Assembly (NCBI GenBank): GCA_964423635.1
Contig: CAYRFY010000006.1
Coordinates: 1-34,864, forward strand
Direction: 5' to 3'
DNA length: 34,864 bases
DNA from: an uncultured Armatimonadia bacterium
Lineage (GTDB): Bacteria > Armatimonadota > Zipacnadia > Zipacnadales > JABUFB01
Shown: positions 1 through 9,141 of the stretch, piece by piece
Layout of the letters: every line of letters begins with the position of its first letter
Numbering within the stretch: the stretch's first letter is position 1
Made by a program: the position numbers and the translations under genes
Notes under the pieces: model-generated
Told to the model about the DNA's origin: nothing
The model's input: only the letters and a program-made list of their open reading frames with translations
Database searches by the model: none

Positions 1-1984
1 GCACAAACTCCACGATCGGCTGTGGGTCGCGGATGCTGTGGGGATGGTGCTGCACGCCCTCCTTGCGCATGAGGGTGATGCTGCCTCCCAGCTCCCGGTG
101 CCGCTCCGCCACTAACCCCGTGTTCTCCTCCCACGGCACCGATTCGTCCGCGTCGCCGTACACGTGCAGGAGCGGAATGCCCGCCTCGGCCAGCGGCTGG
201 AGGCTGTCCACAGGGTTGCCGCTGTACGCCAGAGCCTCCTCCTCGGAGGCGAAGTGATAGTCGCCGATGAGCTTTTGCCAGTCGCCCGCGCTGCCCGCCC
301 CTGTCCCCTTGCCCCCGGGCCAGCTCTTGAAATCACACACCGGGGCGTCACCGTAGATGCAACCCACCTTGTCGGGATTGGCGGCGGCCCAATTGTAGCA
401 GTACAGGCCGCCGCGGCTGAGGCCTTCCAGTGCCGGTCTGGGAGAGAAACCGTGATTCTCGGTGAGCAGCTTGTGCAGCATGGCCCAGTGTGCCATGGCG
501 TCGGGACAGCCGAAAGTGTTCCCCACGGTGATGTAGACCAGGTGGAACCCGTTTTGCAGCAGGGCCACATCGACCTGGGGCTCGTGATCGAAGAACTCGG
601 CTCTCCAGATCCACGGCCTGCCGACTGCGGCTTGCTTAGGGCAGACCACCCAGGTCGCACAGCCATCTACCTCGAAGTCGTGACGCTCGAAGCCACGGTA
701 GTCCGAGACGGCGCCCGGAAACGCCGGATGCTCGTCGGCCTGCAGCGGCTGCAGATCGATCTGAAGCGAGATCGGCGAGAAGAGCTCGCGTAGCTTCGGC
801 TCGAGCTCCGCGGCCTTTGCCTTTGCGGCCTCCAGCGCTATGCCGGGAGGCAGGCCCGGGCGGCTGTGCCCGATGTGCGTCAGCCACGTATCCAGCAAGA
901 GGCGATTGTGCCGGCGCAACGTGGCGAGCAACTCAGCGTCGGCAGGCGCCAGCGGCACGTATGTCTGAGGCAGCAGCGCGATGCCCGCCGCCAACTCGTC
1001 CCGGGTCGCGGTGGTTGTCCACACGCCATTGACCCGCACCTGGTACCGCTCCGCCGGGGCACCTTGTATCTGCAGCTTTGCTCCGCAAAGCCTCTCCCCT
1101 ATCCTCTCCTGGCGCACCGACAGCAACGGCCACTGCGGGTCCAGCGGGAAGGGTCGCCTGACTTGGGCCTCGAGGTGCAAAGCGCCATCTGCGCCCGCGA
1201 TGTGGGCGGCCTTGGCGGCGATCACATCCGCGTCGCCCTCGGCTCCCAGCGCCGTCAGCACCGGCGCCGCCATCAGGAAGTGCCCGAAGGCGTCGGGGTG
1301 GACACCATCGGGAGAGAAGGTGTACTTCGGCATCTCCGCACGCCGCGCGGCGAGGTGGGCGTTCAGGGCGGTGTGTAAATCCAGCACCACGGGCCCAGTG
1401 GCCTCTTCAGACGACTCGCGGGCCGGAAGGCCCGCGCCACCGGGTGCTCCCCACCTTTGCACCATCCATTCCGAGTACCGCCCCAGAACCTCGTCGTAAT
1501 CCCGGTACGGCCGGCCGCCGGGATAGTCAGCGCTGCCGTCCGGCAAGGTGCGGCTCATGATCGGCAGCGCGTCAAAGGGCGGGGGAGTCATCAGCACCAG
1601 CGGGATCCTGGCCTCCCCCACCTCCGTCACCAGCCGCTCCATGCCGTCCTTGAACGCGGCGAAGCGGTCCTCGCTGAAGGGGTAGTAGATCCCGTCATTC
1701 ATCCCGTAGCAGGCGAGGATGAGATCCGGCTGGGTCTCGGCCAGCGCCCTGCCCAGGCGCTCGTGCAGGCAGGGCCGGGGGAATTGGCCGTCGGCGTGCC
1801 CCGGTTCCGTGAGGCCGGAGACGTTCTCGCTGGGCAGGCCGATATTGATGATCTCGAACTGACGCTCCGGCATCCGGCAACGCAGCCAGGCGTCGATGGT
1901 GTCCACATACATCCCGCCGTAGGCGATGCTGTCGCCCAGAAACAGGATGCGCGTCACGTTGTCCAGATTGATCTGCGGTGCCAT
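1..1984 (-). CDS. Two-domain esterase: N-terminal SGNH/GDSL hydrolase fused to a C-terminal alpha/beta-hydrolase. The C-terminus runs off the window at nt 1.
   Basis: This ORF is missing from the supplied track because it has no stop inside the window. My own minus-strand translation from the ATG at 1984-1982 stays open for 661 codons down to nt 1. It begins MAPQINLDNVTRILFLGDSIAYGG, which carries SGNH block I (GDS, nt 1928-1936). Block III (CYGMNDG) and block V (DGVHPD) follow. The C-terminal half has a G-L-S-R-G-G nucleophile elbow (nt 407-424), then GDADESVP and HHPHS as candidate Asp and His of the triad. GGAGAA lies 7 nt upstream of the ATG. No track ORF occupies this frame, which is consistent with one uninterrupted reading frame. 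Confidence 0.8.
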   Translation of the reverse strand, partial: MAPQINLDNVTRILFLGDSIAYGGMYVDTIDAWLRCRMPERQFEIINIGLPSENVSGLTEPGHADGQFPRPCLHERLGRALAETQPDLILACYGMNDGIYYPFSEDRFAAFKDGMERLVTEVGEARIPLVLMTPPPFDALPIMSRTLPDGSADYPGGRPYRDYDEVLGRYSEWMVQRWGAPGGAGLPARESSEEATGPVVLDLHTALNAHLAARRAEMPKYTFSPDGVHPDAFGHFLMAAPVLTALGAEGDADVIAAKAAHIAGADGALHLEAQVRRPFPLDPQWPLLSVRQERIGERLCGAKLQIQGAPAERYQVRVNGVWTTTATRDELAAGIALLPQTYVPLAPADAELLATLRRHNRLLLDTWLTHIGHSRPGLPPGIALEAAKAKAAELEPKLRELFSPISLQIDLQPLQADEHPAFPGAVSDYRGFERHDFEVDGCATWVVCPKQAAVGRPWIWRAEFFDHEPQVDVALLQNGFHLVYITVGNTFGCPDAMAHWAMLHKLLTENHGFSPRPALEGLSRGGLYCYNWAAANPDKVGCIYGDAPVCDFKSWPGGKGTGAGSAGDWQKLIGDYHFASEEEALAYSGNPVDSLQPLAEAGIPLLHVYGDADESVPWEENTGLVAERHRELGGSITLMRKEGVQHHPHSIRDPQPIVEFV

Positions 1985-2032
1985 CTTGGGTTTCTCCGTG
2001 GTGTCGGCCGGTGTCGGCGCATCCGCGCTCAG

Positions 2033-4429
2033 TCAGGGCTCGCCGTGCTTGTCCACATAGTCCTTGCGGCCCTGCAGCATGTACTGCCAGATGCCCTCGT
2101 CGAACATCTGCACCCGCTGCTTCTCGATGTCCGTCCTGGCCGCCTCATGCGCCCGGGCCATGTACCCGGCGAACCTCTCCATGCGCTCCGCGGTGCCCAG
2201 CCACTTCCAGGCCATCTCCTCGCTCTGGTGGCAGTGTTTGTCCTCGGTCTGCACGTCCGGTGGGTAGTTCTTCGGGTCGGAGTAGGTCTGCTCGATGTCC
2301 AGGTAGAGCTGCTTCATCGGTTCGGCGGCGGCGCCGTAGTAGCGGGTGAAGAACTCTTCGACCAGGGCCTCTCCGTCGAGGTTGGGATCATCGGCCAGGC
2401 GCAGGGTTACGTACATGTCGAGCTGGTCGTGCAGGAAGCTTTGGCCAAACTCGCAGGAGTGCTCCATGAAGATGCCCTTGATCCCGGCCTGATGGTACAT
2501 GGCCATCTGCTGGATGGCGGTGTGGACGAAGAAGCCGGGGAACACCTTGAAATGGCTCACCGGGTCCATGAAGGCGGGGAAGTTGTAGTACAGCCACAGG
2601 TACAGGGGGCGCTTGCCGCCCGACTTCTCCACCCACGTGTCGAAGATCATCTGGTCGTTCTCGGCCAGCTTCGGCGCCCACCAGTTCCGGGTGTGCAGGC
2701 ACATCTGCACCGCGATGTTGTCCTCCAGCTCGACATTGCGGGGGTAGTAGGCGTAGTCGGCATAGGCCAAAGCGGCCACCCAACGATCCGGGCGGTCCTT
2801 GCCCACGGCTTTGGCGACCGTGTTCACCAGCCCCCACACGTAGTCGCTGGCCACCCCGCGGGAGAACTGCTGATTGCTCCGGTCCGCCTCGTCCATCAGG
2901 GCCTGACAGGTGGGGCACTTGCAGAAGCTGTTGTTATCTTCCGGCACGATGCCGAAGTATGGCCCGCGATTGGCCGAGCCGGGCTGAGAACCCTTGCCAT
3001 CGAAATAGTCCTCGGCATCCTGGATGAGCTGAGCGACGAAGCCCTCGTTGGTGAAACACGGCTGGGGCGGCCGGCCCTCGTATCCCTGGGCGAACCAGTC
3101 CGGATGGTCCTGCAGGAAGCGGTCATAGTAGCCGCTGAAGGAATGGCAGGTCCAGAAGCTCTCGCCCCCGATGCGCATGCGCAGCTTCCACAGGTCGGCT
3201 TCCCCGGCGGGGACGGTGTCGGGTGGGCCCGGCAGGTAAGTGGGGCCGGGGGTGATCCAGCGGTGGCGCATGGCGGGCTTGCGCCGCAACTCGTCCCCGC
3301 TCACGGTCAGCGTGGAGGTCTTGTCATAGACGGTGCCGATGTCCCCCGGGGCGTACCAGCGCACGCCGCAGGAGCGCTCCAGCAGGTCGTAGGCGGCATA
3401 GAGCGTGCCGTTGGCATCGAAAAAGCCCGGCGGTTGTATGCCACCGGCGAAACCTATGCCCGTGCGCACCGGCCCGCTTCCTTCATCCAGGTGCAAGAGC
3501 AGCGTGGTGGCAGCGTCCTTCTCATACGGGCCGCCGGTGGCGAAGGCCGGATCGCGCACCACATTGCTCACCCGCACCTCGTCGATATGGCCGTGCAACG
3601 GGTTGCCCACGACATCCCCGGCGATGCCACCGACATGGAGGGCCGAGCCCTCGCAGGTGCTCTTCACGAATTGGCTCTCCCCCACCTTGACCCCATCCAC
3701 ATACAGCATGGCCTTGCCCTGCGACAGGCTGTGGGTGGCGAGAAGGTGGTGCCAGCCGGGGGCCAGCTCCTCGGAGACGATGGCGCGCACCTGCTCGCCG
3801 TCGTAGGTGAAGTACCCCACGCGGTCGGTGTTCTCCATCCGCCGCAGGATGTGATACGTCCACGGGCCGCCGCCGTCGAGGCGCAGGATCGTGCCCTCGC
3901 GCGGCTGAGTCGCCTCACTGAGCCGCACCCAGCACTCCAAAGAGCCCTCGGCGTCCTCAAAGCCACAGTCACCGACCCTGCTTCCCTGGTTCTTGCCATT
4001 GAAGCTCAGGGCCTTGCCGAACCTGCCGTCGATCCAGCCGGGGTCGGTGCTCTCGGCCTTGTCCGGCCCCTGTTCATCGCACCCGATGAGCACCAGGGTC
4101 TGGGGGGCGATGCGGACGAGGTACTCCTGGTCGGCGAAGTCGCTACCGCGCAGTCCAAAGCCCACGGTGGCCTTGCTCTCACCCACCAGGATTCTGGGGC
4201 CGGCGATCTTGTGTTCGTCGGTGAGGATGGGCAGTTCAGCGCCGGTGATGAGCTTGACGTGGTGCCACAGTTCGGCGGCGGCGAACTGGGCCGAGCGCGT
4301 GGCCTGGGCCGAAATGACGATGGTGCAGGCCGGTGCTCCGTCGCGGACGAGAGTGAACTCCTGGGCGGAATTGGCGCACGAGGCACCGAGGACGACAGTC
4401 GCGGCACAGCAAAATGAGACAGCACGCAT
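2033..4429 (-). CDS. Secreted DUF4838-like glycoside-hydrolase-like protein with an inserted LamG/concanavalin-A-like lectin domain
   Basis: The 798-aa ORF starts at an ATG with AAGGAG 7 nt upstream. A Sec signal peptide is present (MRAVSFCCAATVVLGASCANSA). The N-terminal segment FTLVRDG...AAELWHHVKLITGAELPI matches the module seen at the start of GH20/GH67-like and DUF4838 proteins. Residues ~131-292 look like Laminin_G_3 (GKALSFNG...LECWVRL...GWHHLLATH...LYVDGVKV...HIDEVRVSN). The C-terminal part carries DHPDWF and NSFCKCPTCQAL (a CxCxxC cluster), which I recall from DUF4838 proteins. The family call is from memory and has not been searched. Confidence 0.65.
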   Translation of the reverse strand: MRAVSFCCAATVVLGASCANSAQEFTLVRDGAPACTIVISAQATRSAQFAAAELWHHVKLITGAELPILTDEHKIAGPRILVGESKATVGFGLRGSDFADQEYLVRIAPQTLVLIGCDEQGPDKAESTDPGWIDGRFGKALSFNGKNQGSRVGDCGFEDAEGSLECWVRLSEATQPREGTILRLDGGGPWTYHILRRMENTDRVGYFTYDGEQVRAIVSEELAPGWHHLLATHSLSQGKAMLYVDGVKVGESQFVKSTCEGSALHVGGIAGDVVGNPLHGHIDEVRVSNVVRDPAFATGGPYEKDAATTLLLHLDEGSGPVRTGIGFAGGIQPPGFFDANGTLYAAYDLLERSCGVRWYAPGDIGTVYDKTSTLTVSGDELRRKPAMRHRWITPGPTYLPGPPDTVPAGEADLWKLRMRIGGESFWTCHSFSGYYDRFLQDHPDWFAQGYEGRPPQPCFTNEGFVAQLIQDAEDYFDGKGSQPGSANRGPYFGIVPEDNNSFCKCPTCQALMDEADRSNQQFSRGVASDYVWGLVNTVAKAVGKDRPDRWVAALAYADYAYYPRNVELEDNIAVQMCLHTRNWWAPKLAENDQMIFDTWVEKSGGKRPLYLWLYYNFPAFMDPVSHFKVFPGFFVHTAIQQMAMYHQAGIKGIFMEHSCEFGQSFLHDQLDMYVTLRLADDPNLDGEALVEEFFTRYYGAAAEPMKQLYLDIEQTYSDPKNYPPDVQTEDKHCHQSEEMAWKWLGTAERMERFAGYMARAHEAARTDIEKQRVQMFDEGIWQYMLQGRKDYVDKHGEP

Positions 4430-4575
4430 GATGATGGCTCCTTGTGGAGGAGTAGGTGTGACGGTATTGACTGTAAGAGCGCGGAGCGGTGCAGGCGTCT
4501 GGCCTGCATGTCGTTGGCCGTCCGCCGCCAGTGGGGCGGGCTTTCCTGCCCGCCGCCGTTGGCCGTTGGTCGGTC

Positions 4576-4611
4576 ACCTCTCCCAGGCCCGAAGGGCCGA
4601 CTGGGAGAGGT
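4576..4611. other. Strong imperfect hairpin in the 492-bp spacer
   Basis: The outer stem pairs acctctccca (4576-4585) with tgggagaggt (4602-4611). An inner stem pairs ggccc with gggcc around a gaa loop (4586-4598). About 15 positions are paired in total. Confidence 0.35.
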
Positions 4612-4843
4612 CGGCCGGGCGTCCCGCGAAGCGGGGCGAACGGACGGGTGAGGGGAGGACCCACCCGACCGACGCCAGGGGGCCATCGCTACAGCACCAC
4701 GCCACGCTTCGCCACAGTCGACGAGCCCTACGAGAACCGTACGTGTCGGCACGTTCGCGGGCCCGCTCCAGTTGGCTCGCAGCGCTCGGGCGTTGCGCCT
4801 GCCGGTCGCTTCCAGGAGGCAGCCGCCAACGGCAGACAGCGAT

Positions 4844-4869
4844 GCGGGTCCCGCTTAGCGGCGACCCGC
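4844..4869 (-). terminator. GC-rich hairpin about 50 nt downstream of the GH5-like stop (candidate terminator, no U-tract)
   Basis: The element is gcgggtcccgc-tta-gcggcgacccgc, with 11 paired positions and one bulged C. It lacks a following T-run, so an intrinsic-terminator function is uncertain. Confidence 0.3.
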
Positions 4870-4921
4870 GGGCACGGGTTACACGTCGGTGCGCGGTTGC
4901 TGGCGGTCAAACGCCTCTGGG

Positions 4922-7681
4922 TTACTTCACCCGCACTTCATACCACAAAGTGCGGTACCGGGGCGAGAGCATTAAGATGGCCTCGCCGTCACCGGAGATC
5001 ACTGGAACCGGGGCGAGGCGCCGGCCATCTCCGTCCAGCGCGTAGGCGGTGAGGCGCTCCGGCGAGACGGGCAAGCGGACCGTGGCGGTGATCCCCTCGC
5101 ACAGTACGGGGCCCTTGCCCCAGGACTTGCGCAGACTGACACCATCGGCTCCGAGCTTCTCTAGGATAGCGCCGGTGTTCCGCGCCGTGCCGGAGGCCGC
5201 GACGAGCACGCGGCCCGGGCTTGTCAGGTCTGCCCCATCGATGCAGACCGCGGAGATCGTCGCCGCCCCTGTTGCACACTCAATGGCAGACAGCTTCAGA
5301 CCGCCCAGGTCGAATCGCCGTCCGTCGGCGAAGCCTGTGAAGAGCCGCGTGCGCGGACTGCTGACTGTGAACACGCCCCTGCCGGCTCGCGTGATATCCC
5401 AGACCATTTGCCCGGTATCAGAGACGAAGCGCTTGGGACCGTCCACCGAGTCCTGCGACACCGGCGGCAGCGGCGAGACCCCGCCCGTCTCCGCCACATC
5501 CTCAAGGAGCTTGAGCCCAATCCCATGGCGCAGTGCCCAGCGGCTGTCCAGACCGAAGCTGTCGGTCACGAGCCTCGTGGGGTCGGGAACCTCGTGCAGC
5601 AACTCACGCTCCTGCTCCGCCGTGATGGGTGCGGCGATCACGCTCCTTGCGGTCGCCACGTCCCCGCGGCGGAACATGGCTACACAGGCCGGCATGTGCA
5701 CCAGCTTGTGGGGACTGGCTTTGAAGCAGAAGAACCCCGTCATGTAATCGGGCTCGTAGTTCGTATCATGGGAGTGTGCAAAGCTGAACACCCCCGCCCA
5801 GTCCTGGAAGGCGGCCATTGCAGAGAGAATCGGGAACCCCTCCGCCGTGAACTGGTTCGGCTCCGGATGGTCGTACTCGCTGACCGTGTAGGCCATGCCA
5901 ATGACCCGCCGCGAGGCCAGGTGTCCGACGCACCCCGCCGGGTCGTTGACCAGCGCCAGATTCCGCACAAACCAGGCGCTGCTCTTGTCCCACGACCGGC
6001 CCTTCGGGAAGGTCGGGTGGTGCCAATACTCGTGGGAATCGATATAGTCCAGGCGGGACTGGAGGAACACCGGGCTGGCACTGAGCTGCGTTCCCGAGAC
6101 GAGCGCTTGCGCTTTCAAGTCATTTCTGATGTAGCCATACATCCCGTCCCAGTAGTCCTGCTCGGCAGCATAGACGAAGTCGACGAAGTCGTGCAGTTGC
6201 AACGGGGTCACGCGGTAGTCGGTTCTCCGGACGAGAGCGACGGAACGATCTTCCAGGCGCTGCTCGGGTCCGGGACCGGCCACTCCGCCCGGCCTCAGGG
6301 AGACGTCGGCGAACTCGTAGACGCCGGGCGCCGGCATGATCGCAGTGATCCTGGCCTCCTCGTCATCGCGTCCGGCGATGAATGTGAGCGTGTGTCGCCG
6401 CCAAGATGCGTCGGTGTCCAGCTTCACGTCCAGCCCGAGCTTCCCCCACGGCGCATGGTTCATCATGCAGTTGACCGTCACAGCGCCGGGCTCATCGGAG
6501 CGTAGGAGGACCGAGAGCGTGTAGGTCTGCCCCCGGGTGACGGCGAGGTCTGCATGGAGCAACTGAGGGAGAAACGAGGCATGGCCAACATCCTTGATGG
6601 TGATCCGCCGCGCCGGCTTTCCATCGGGGCCACCGTGAATCATCTCGTCCGTGGCGCGCATGGTCTCGTCAAGCTGCAGACGCCACGCAGGCTGCCCTGA
6701 CGCCGCGGCGGCTCGGAACTCGGTATCCCCGAGCATCTCGGGGCCGAGCGAGGCATTGCCTACATCCCACGCCTCGTGCAGCGCCTCCGTCGTGCCGTAC
6801 TTCCCCCTGAGCCAGTCGTTCCAAAGGTCGCTAAACGTTGTCGCATACGGGCCCGGCAGGTTGTCCAGCGCCCCGTACCGCCACCGGTTGAGCAGTGAGT
6901 TCTCGTTGTTGATCTCAATGAAAGCCACCGCCGGCTCGTCGGTGTAGGCAATGCCCGTATAGGGGTTGACGTGGGTCAACAGATCGCGGGCGTACTTCTT
7001 TTGCAGCTCGATCATCCGCGGCTCGAACTGGTTGATGCCCTTGCCGAACTTCGGCAGGAGCGCGGCATCGGGCCCGAAGCCCTCTTCGGAGCCGAACTCA
7101 CGGGAGACGTGCAGATTGATGTTCACGTAGATCCCGTGCTGTTTGAGACAGTAGATGAAGTCGTCGAGCCTCCTCAGCTTCTCCGGGCTGAGAACGGTCT
7201 TGTTCGGGCTGCCCTCCCAGATCGACCCGCTGTCCATGTGGTGCAGCCGCACGCAATTGATACCCAGCCGCGCCAGTCGCGCCGCGACGCGCTCGGCCTT
7301 CTCCCGGCTCTCCGGGAAGCTGGCCTCGTACACGGTGTTGGTGCCCCAGAAGCGAATGAGACCGGCGTCGGTGGCCAATCGTCCTTCGGGCGTCACTCGG
7401 ACGAAGCCGGAGCTGCCCGCGATCTCCTGCGGGAGCCAGGAAGACACGTCCGTCGCGCCGGAGCCCCCGGCTTCCGCCTGCCGCGACACGGCGAAGGGAA
7501 AGAAGTCACCTGGGGGGCCCGCGGTCACGACAGTTCGGTCGTCCGCGGCCATTGTCACTGCAACACAGAAACACACGGTCAAGAGGGTTGCAGCAGGCGG
7601 TCCGACAATCATCAGCAGACTCTTGTTGCGCAGCGCGTGCGCTGCATGCCGCACAGTCCTGTCGGGCGGGGAGCAGCTCAT
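4922..7681 (-). CDS. Secreted clan GH-A (GH5-like) glycoside hydrolase with a large C-terminal extension
   Basis: The 919-aa ORF has an ATG at 7681, 3 nt after the upstream gene's stop. A hydrophobic signal or anchor is present (LLMIVGPPAATLLTVCFCVAVTMA). TIM-barrel cellulase-family motifs are GINCVRLHHMD, FIEINNENS (acid/base Glu in an NE motif) and YTVSEYDH (candidate nucleophile Glu). An internal ATG at 7612 is an alternative start. Confidence 0.65.
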   Translation of the reverse strand: MSCSPPDRTVRHAAHALRNKSLLMIVGPPAATLLTVCFCVAVTMAADDRTVVTAGPPGDFFPFAVSRQAEAGGSGATDVSSWLPQEIAGSSGFVRVTPEGRLATDAGLIRFWGTNTVYEASFPESREKAERVAARLARLGINCVRLHHMDSGSIWEGSPNKTVLSPEKLRRLDDFIYCLKQHGIYVNINLHVSREFGSEEGFGPDAALLPKFGKGINQFEPRMIELQKKYARDLLTHVNPYTGIAYTDEPAVAFIEINNENSLLNRWRYGALDNLPGPYATTFSDLWNDWLRGKYGTTEALHEAWDVGNASLGPEMLGDTEFRAAAASGQPAWRLQLDETMRATDEMIHGGPDGKPARRITIKDVGHASFLPQLLHADLAVTRGQTYTLSVLLRSDEPGAVTVNCMMNHAPWGKLGLDVKLDTDASWRRHTLTFIAGRDDEEARITAIMPAPGVYEFADVSLRPGGVAGPGPEQRLEDRSVALVRRTDYRVTPLQLHDFVDFVYAAEQDYWDGMYGYIRNDLKAQALVSGTQLSASPVFLQSRLDYIDSHEYWHHPTFPKGRSWDKSSAWFVRNLALVNDPAGCVGHLASRRVIGMAYTVSEYDHPEPNQFTAEGFPILSAMAAFQDWAGVFSFAHSHDTNYEPDYMTGFFCFKASPHKLVHMPACVAMFRRGDVATARSVIAAPITAEQERELLHEVPDPTRLVTDSFGLDSRWALRHGIGLKLLEDVAETGGVSPLPPVSQDSVDGPKRFVSDTGQMVWDITRAGRGVFTVSSPRTRLFTGFADGRRFDLGGLKLSAIECATGAATISAVCIDGADLTSPGRVLVAASGTARNTGAILEKLGADGVSLRKSWGKGPVLCEGITATVRLPVSPERLTAYALDGDGRRLAPVPVISGDGEAILMLSPRYRTLWYEVRVK

Positions 7682-7684
7682 CGT

Positions 7685-8968
7685 TCAATCGCCATTCCCG
7701 AGCATCTCCGCCAGCCACGGCACCGCGATCTGCCCCTTGAAATGGTGCATGGGCTCATCGATGTTGGCGTAGGCGAAATACTCCTGCATGGTGAGGCCTT
7801 CGGGCAGCTCCACGTCATCCAACGGGCGCTGCTGGGCGGTGGCGTACTTGGGGTAGTAGACGACCTCAAACCGATCCTCGGCCCCCAGCAGTTGGTACGC
7901 CCGGCGGATCTTGTCCAGCACCCTGGTGCGGCCACCCTCGGTGATGAGCAGCGCACGGGGCGCTAAGGATGCCTGCAGGTCCGAGTAGTCGAACCAGGGG
8001 AGCATGCCCGGCACGTACTGGAAGGTGCCGATCCGCAGCAGGTTCGTGGCCACGGCCCTGCGGCGCCAGTCGATGGTGGTGTCGTTCCACACCACCGCTC
8101 GGACCGAGGGGTCCAGGACGCCCAGGATCAGGGCGGGCTTGGCCCCCAGGGAGTGGCCGCTGGTGGCCACGCGGGCTGCGTCCACACACGGCTGTGTTTT
8201 GAGCCACTGGAGCACGTGGTACTTCTGGAACACTGAGATGGCCTCGTACGAGCGTCCGGCCCAGAGAGCGTGGACGGAGAACTCGTAGCTATCCTCGCGG
8301 ATCGGGTCTGCCAGCTCGTTGGTTGCCGGGTTCTCCAGTGCGACGCTCACCATCCCCGCACGCACGTACTCCAGCGCCATGCGGTTCTTCGCCGCGTGAC
8401 GGTGGCTGCAGGGCTGACCGTTGAGCTCAAGCTCCTCGGTCATGGACTCCTTGCTGGAGAATGAGCCCGGAAAGCACATCACCGCAGGCGCGGGCGACCG
8501 GGCGCCGGCGCCGTCCGGAACCAGCATCAGGAAGGGCACCACGCTGTATGGCTCGGGGTATGCCTCCCATCTCTGCAACTCGTAGCCCTCGCGCTGCTCG
8601 GTGTAGATGCGCCTGGGCGGAGGTTGCACCTGCTGCAACTCCGGGAAGCTCATGAGGTCGTGTAGTTTCGCGCGCACCGCTTCCTGCCAGGCCGGGAAGT
8701 CCTCTCCCCTCATGTCGGGAGGAAACTCAAGCTTGGGCTGCAGATGCTTGATGTACGCATGGATGAACCCGGTGCTGCTCATGAATCGGCCGTCATCTCG
8801 GCCGCTGGCGAACACGGGTGGCACGGCCTCATCTCCCTCACTCTCGGCGGCCGCCATGGAGGGCGGCCCGGTCTGAGCCAAAGAGCCCGCGGCGGCCGCG
8901 GCCCCCGCGATCCTCAGGAAGTCGCGGCGCGAGGCATGCCCGGGTGGCGTGTCCCTCGGCTCAGTCAT
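7685..8968 (-). CDS. Tat-exported alpha/beta-hydrolase fold esterase
   Basis: The 427-aa ORF starts at an ATG with AAGGAG 5 nt upstream. It carries a twin-arginine signal (SRRDFLRIAGAAAAAGSL...MAAA). The nucleophile elbow is G-H-S-L-G (ATSGHSLGAKPAL). The overall length and order of elements fit a carbohydrate-esterase-like serine hydrolase. Confidence 0.7.
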   Translation of the reverse strand: MTEPRDTPPGHASRRDFLRIAGAAAAAGSLAQTGPPSMAAAESEGDEAVPPVFASGRDDGRFMSSTGFIHAYIKHLQPKLEFPPDMRGEDFPAWQEAVRAKLHDLMSFPELQQVQPPPRRIYTEQREGYELQRWEAYPEPYSVVPFLMLVPDGAGARSPAPAVMCFPGSFSSKESMTEELELNGQPCSHRHAAKNRMALEYVRAGMVSVALENPATNELADPIREDSYEFSVHALWAGRSYEAISVFQKYHVLQWLKTQPCVDAARVATSGHSLGAKPALILGVLDPSVRAVVWNDTTIDWRRRAVATNLLRIGTFQYVPGMLPWFDYSDLQASLAPRALLITEGGRTRVLDKIRRAYQLLGAEDRFEVVYYPKYATAQQRPLDDVELPEGLTMQEYFAYANIDEPMHHFKGQIAVPWLAEMLGNGD

Positions 8969-9141
8969 ATGTACTCCTTCGGCGGCGGATCAAGCTCACA
9001 CACCCGCCGGCGGCCGCAGTGTGCCGTGGCGTCGTGCTCCCGAACCGTCCACTTCAACAATGTCCTGCTCCTGCCCTTCCCCGATGGAGACCGGATGACG
9101 GACCTGAAGACCTCCGGGCGCGGGCGACCAATAACGCCCCC

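Noticed and set aside
164-793. Track ORFs covering the first 1.5 kb (164..793 +, 112..666 -, 866..1378 +, 981..1499 +)
   Set aside because: All are shadows of the untracked open minus frame, which encodes clear SGNH and alpha/beta-hydrolase motifs.
1457-4417. 986-aa plus-strand ORF, the longest ORF on the plus strand in the track
   Set aside because: It lies antisense to two motif-rich minus-strand genes (the SGNH/alpha-beta esterase and the DUF4838-like gene). Its composition is the typical high-GC shadow (Val/His/Gly/Ala/Arg/Leu runs such as VHGVHIHPAVGDAV). It has no recognisable domain, no RBS and no signal peptide.
3993-5045. ORFs spanning the 492-bp spacer (3993..5045 +, 4006..4752 -, 4236..4664 -, 4489..5052 +, 4728..4910 -)
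   Set aside because: All give Arg/Pro/Gly/Ser-rich low-complexity translations, have no RBS, and overlap the ends of well-supported genes.
7685-8968. Assigning the Tat-exported hydrolase (GHSLGAK) or the first gene's GLSRGG domain to CE15 glucuronoyl esterases
   Set aside because: From memory, the CE15 consensus is G-C/H-S-R-x-G-K with a conserved Arg after the Ser. The Tat protein lacks the Arg, and the other lacks the Cys/His and the Lys. Eye-level similarity is insufficient, so I left both as generic alpha/beta-hydrolases.
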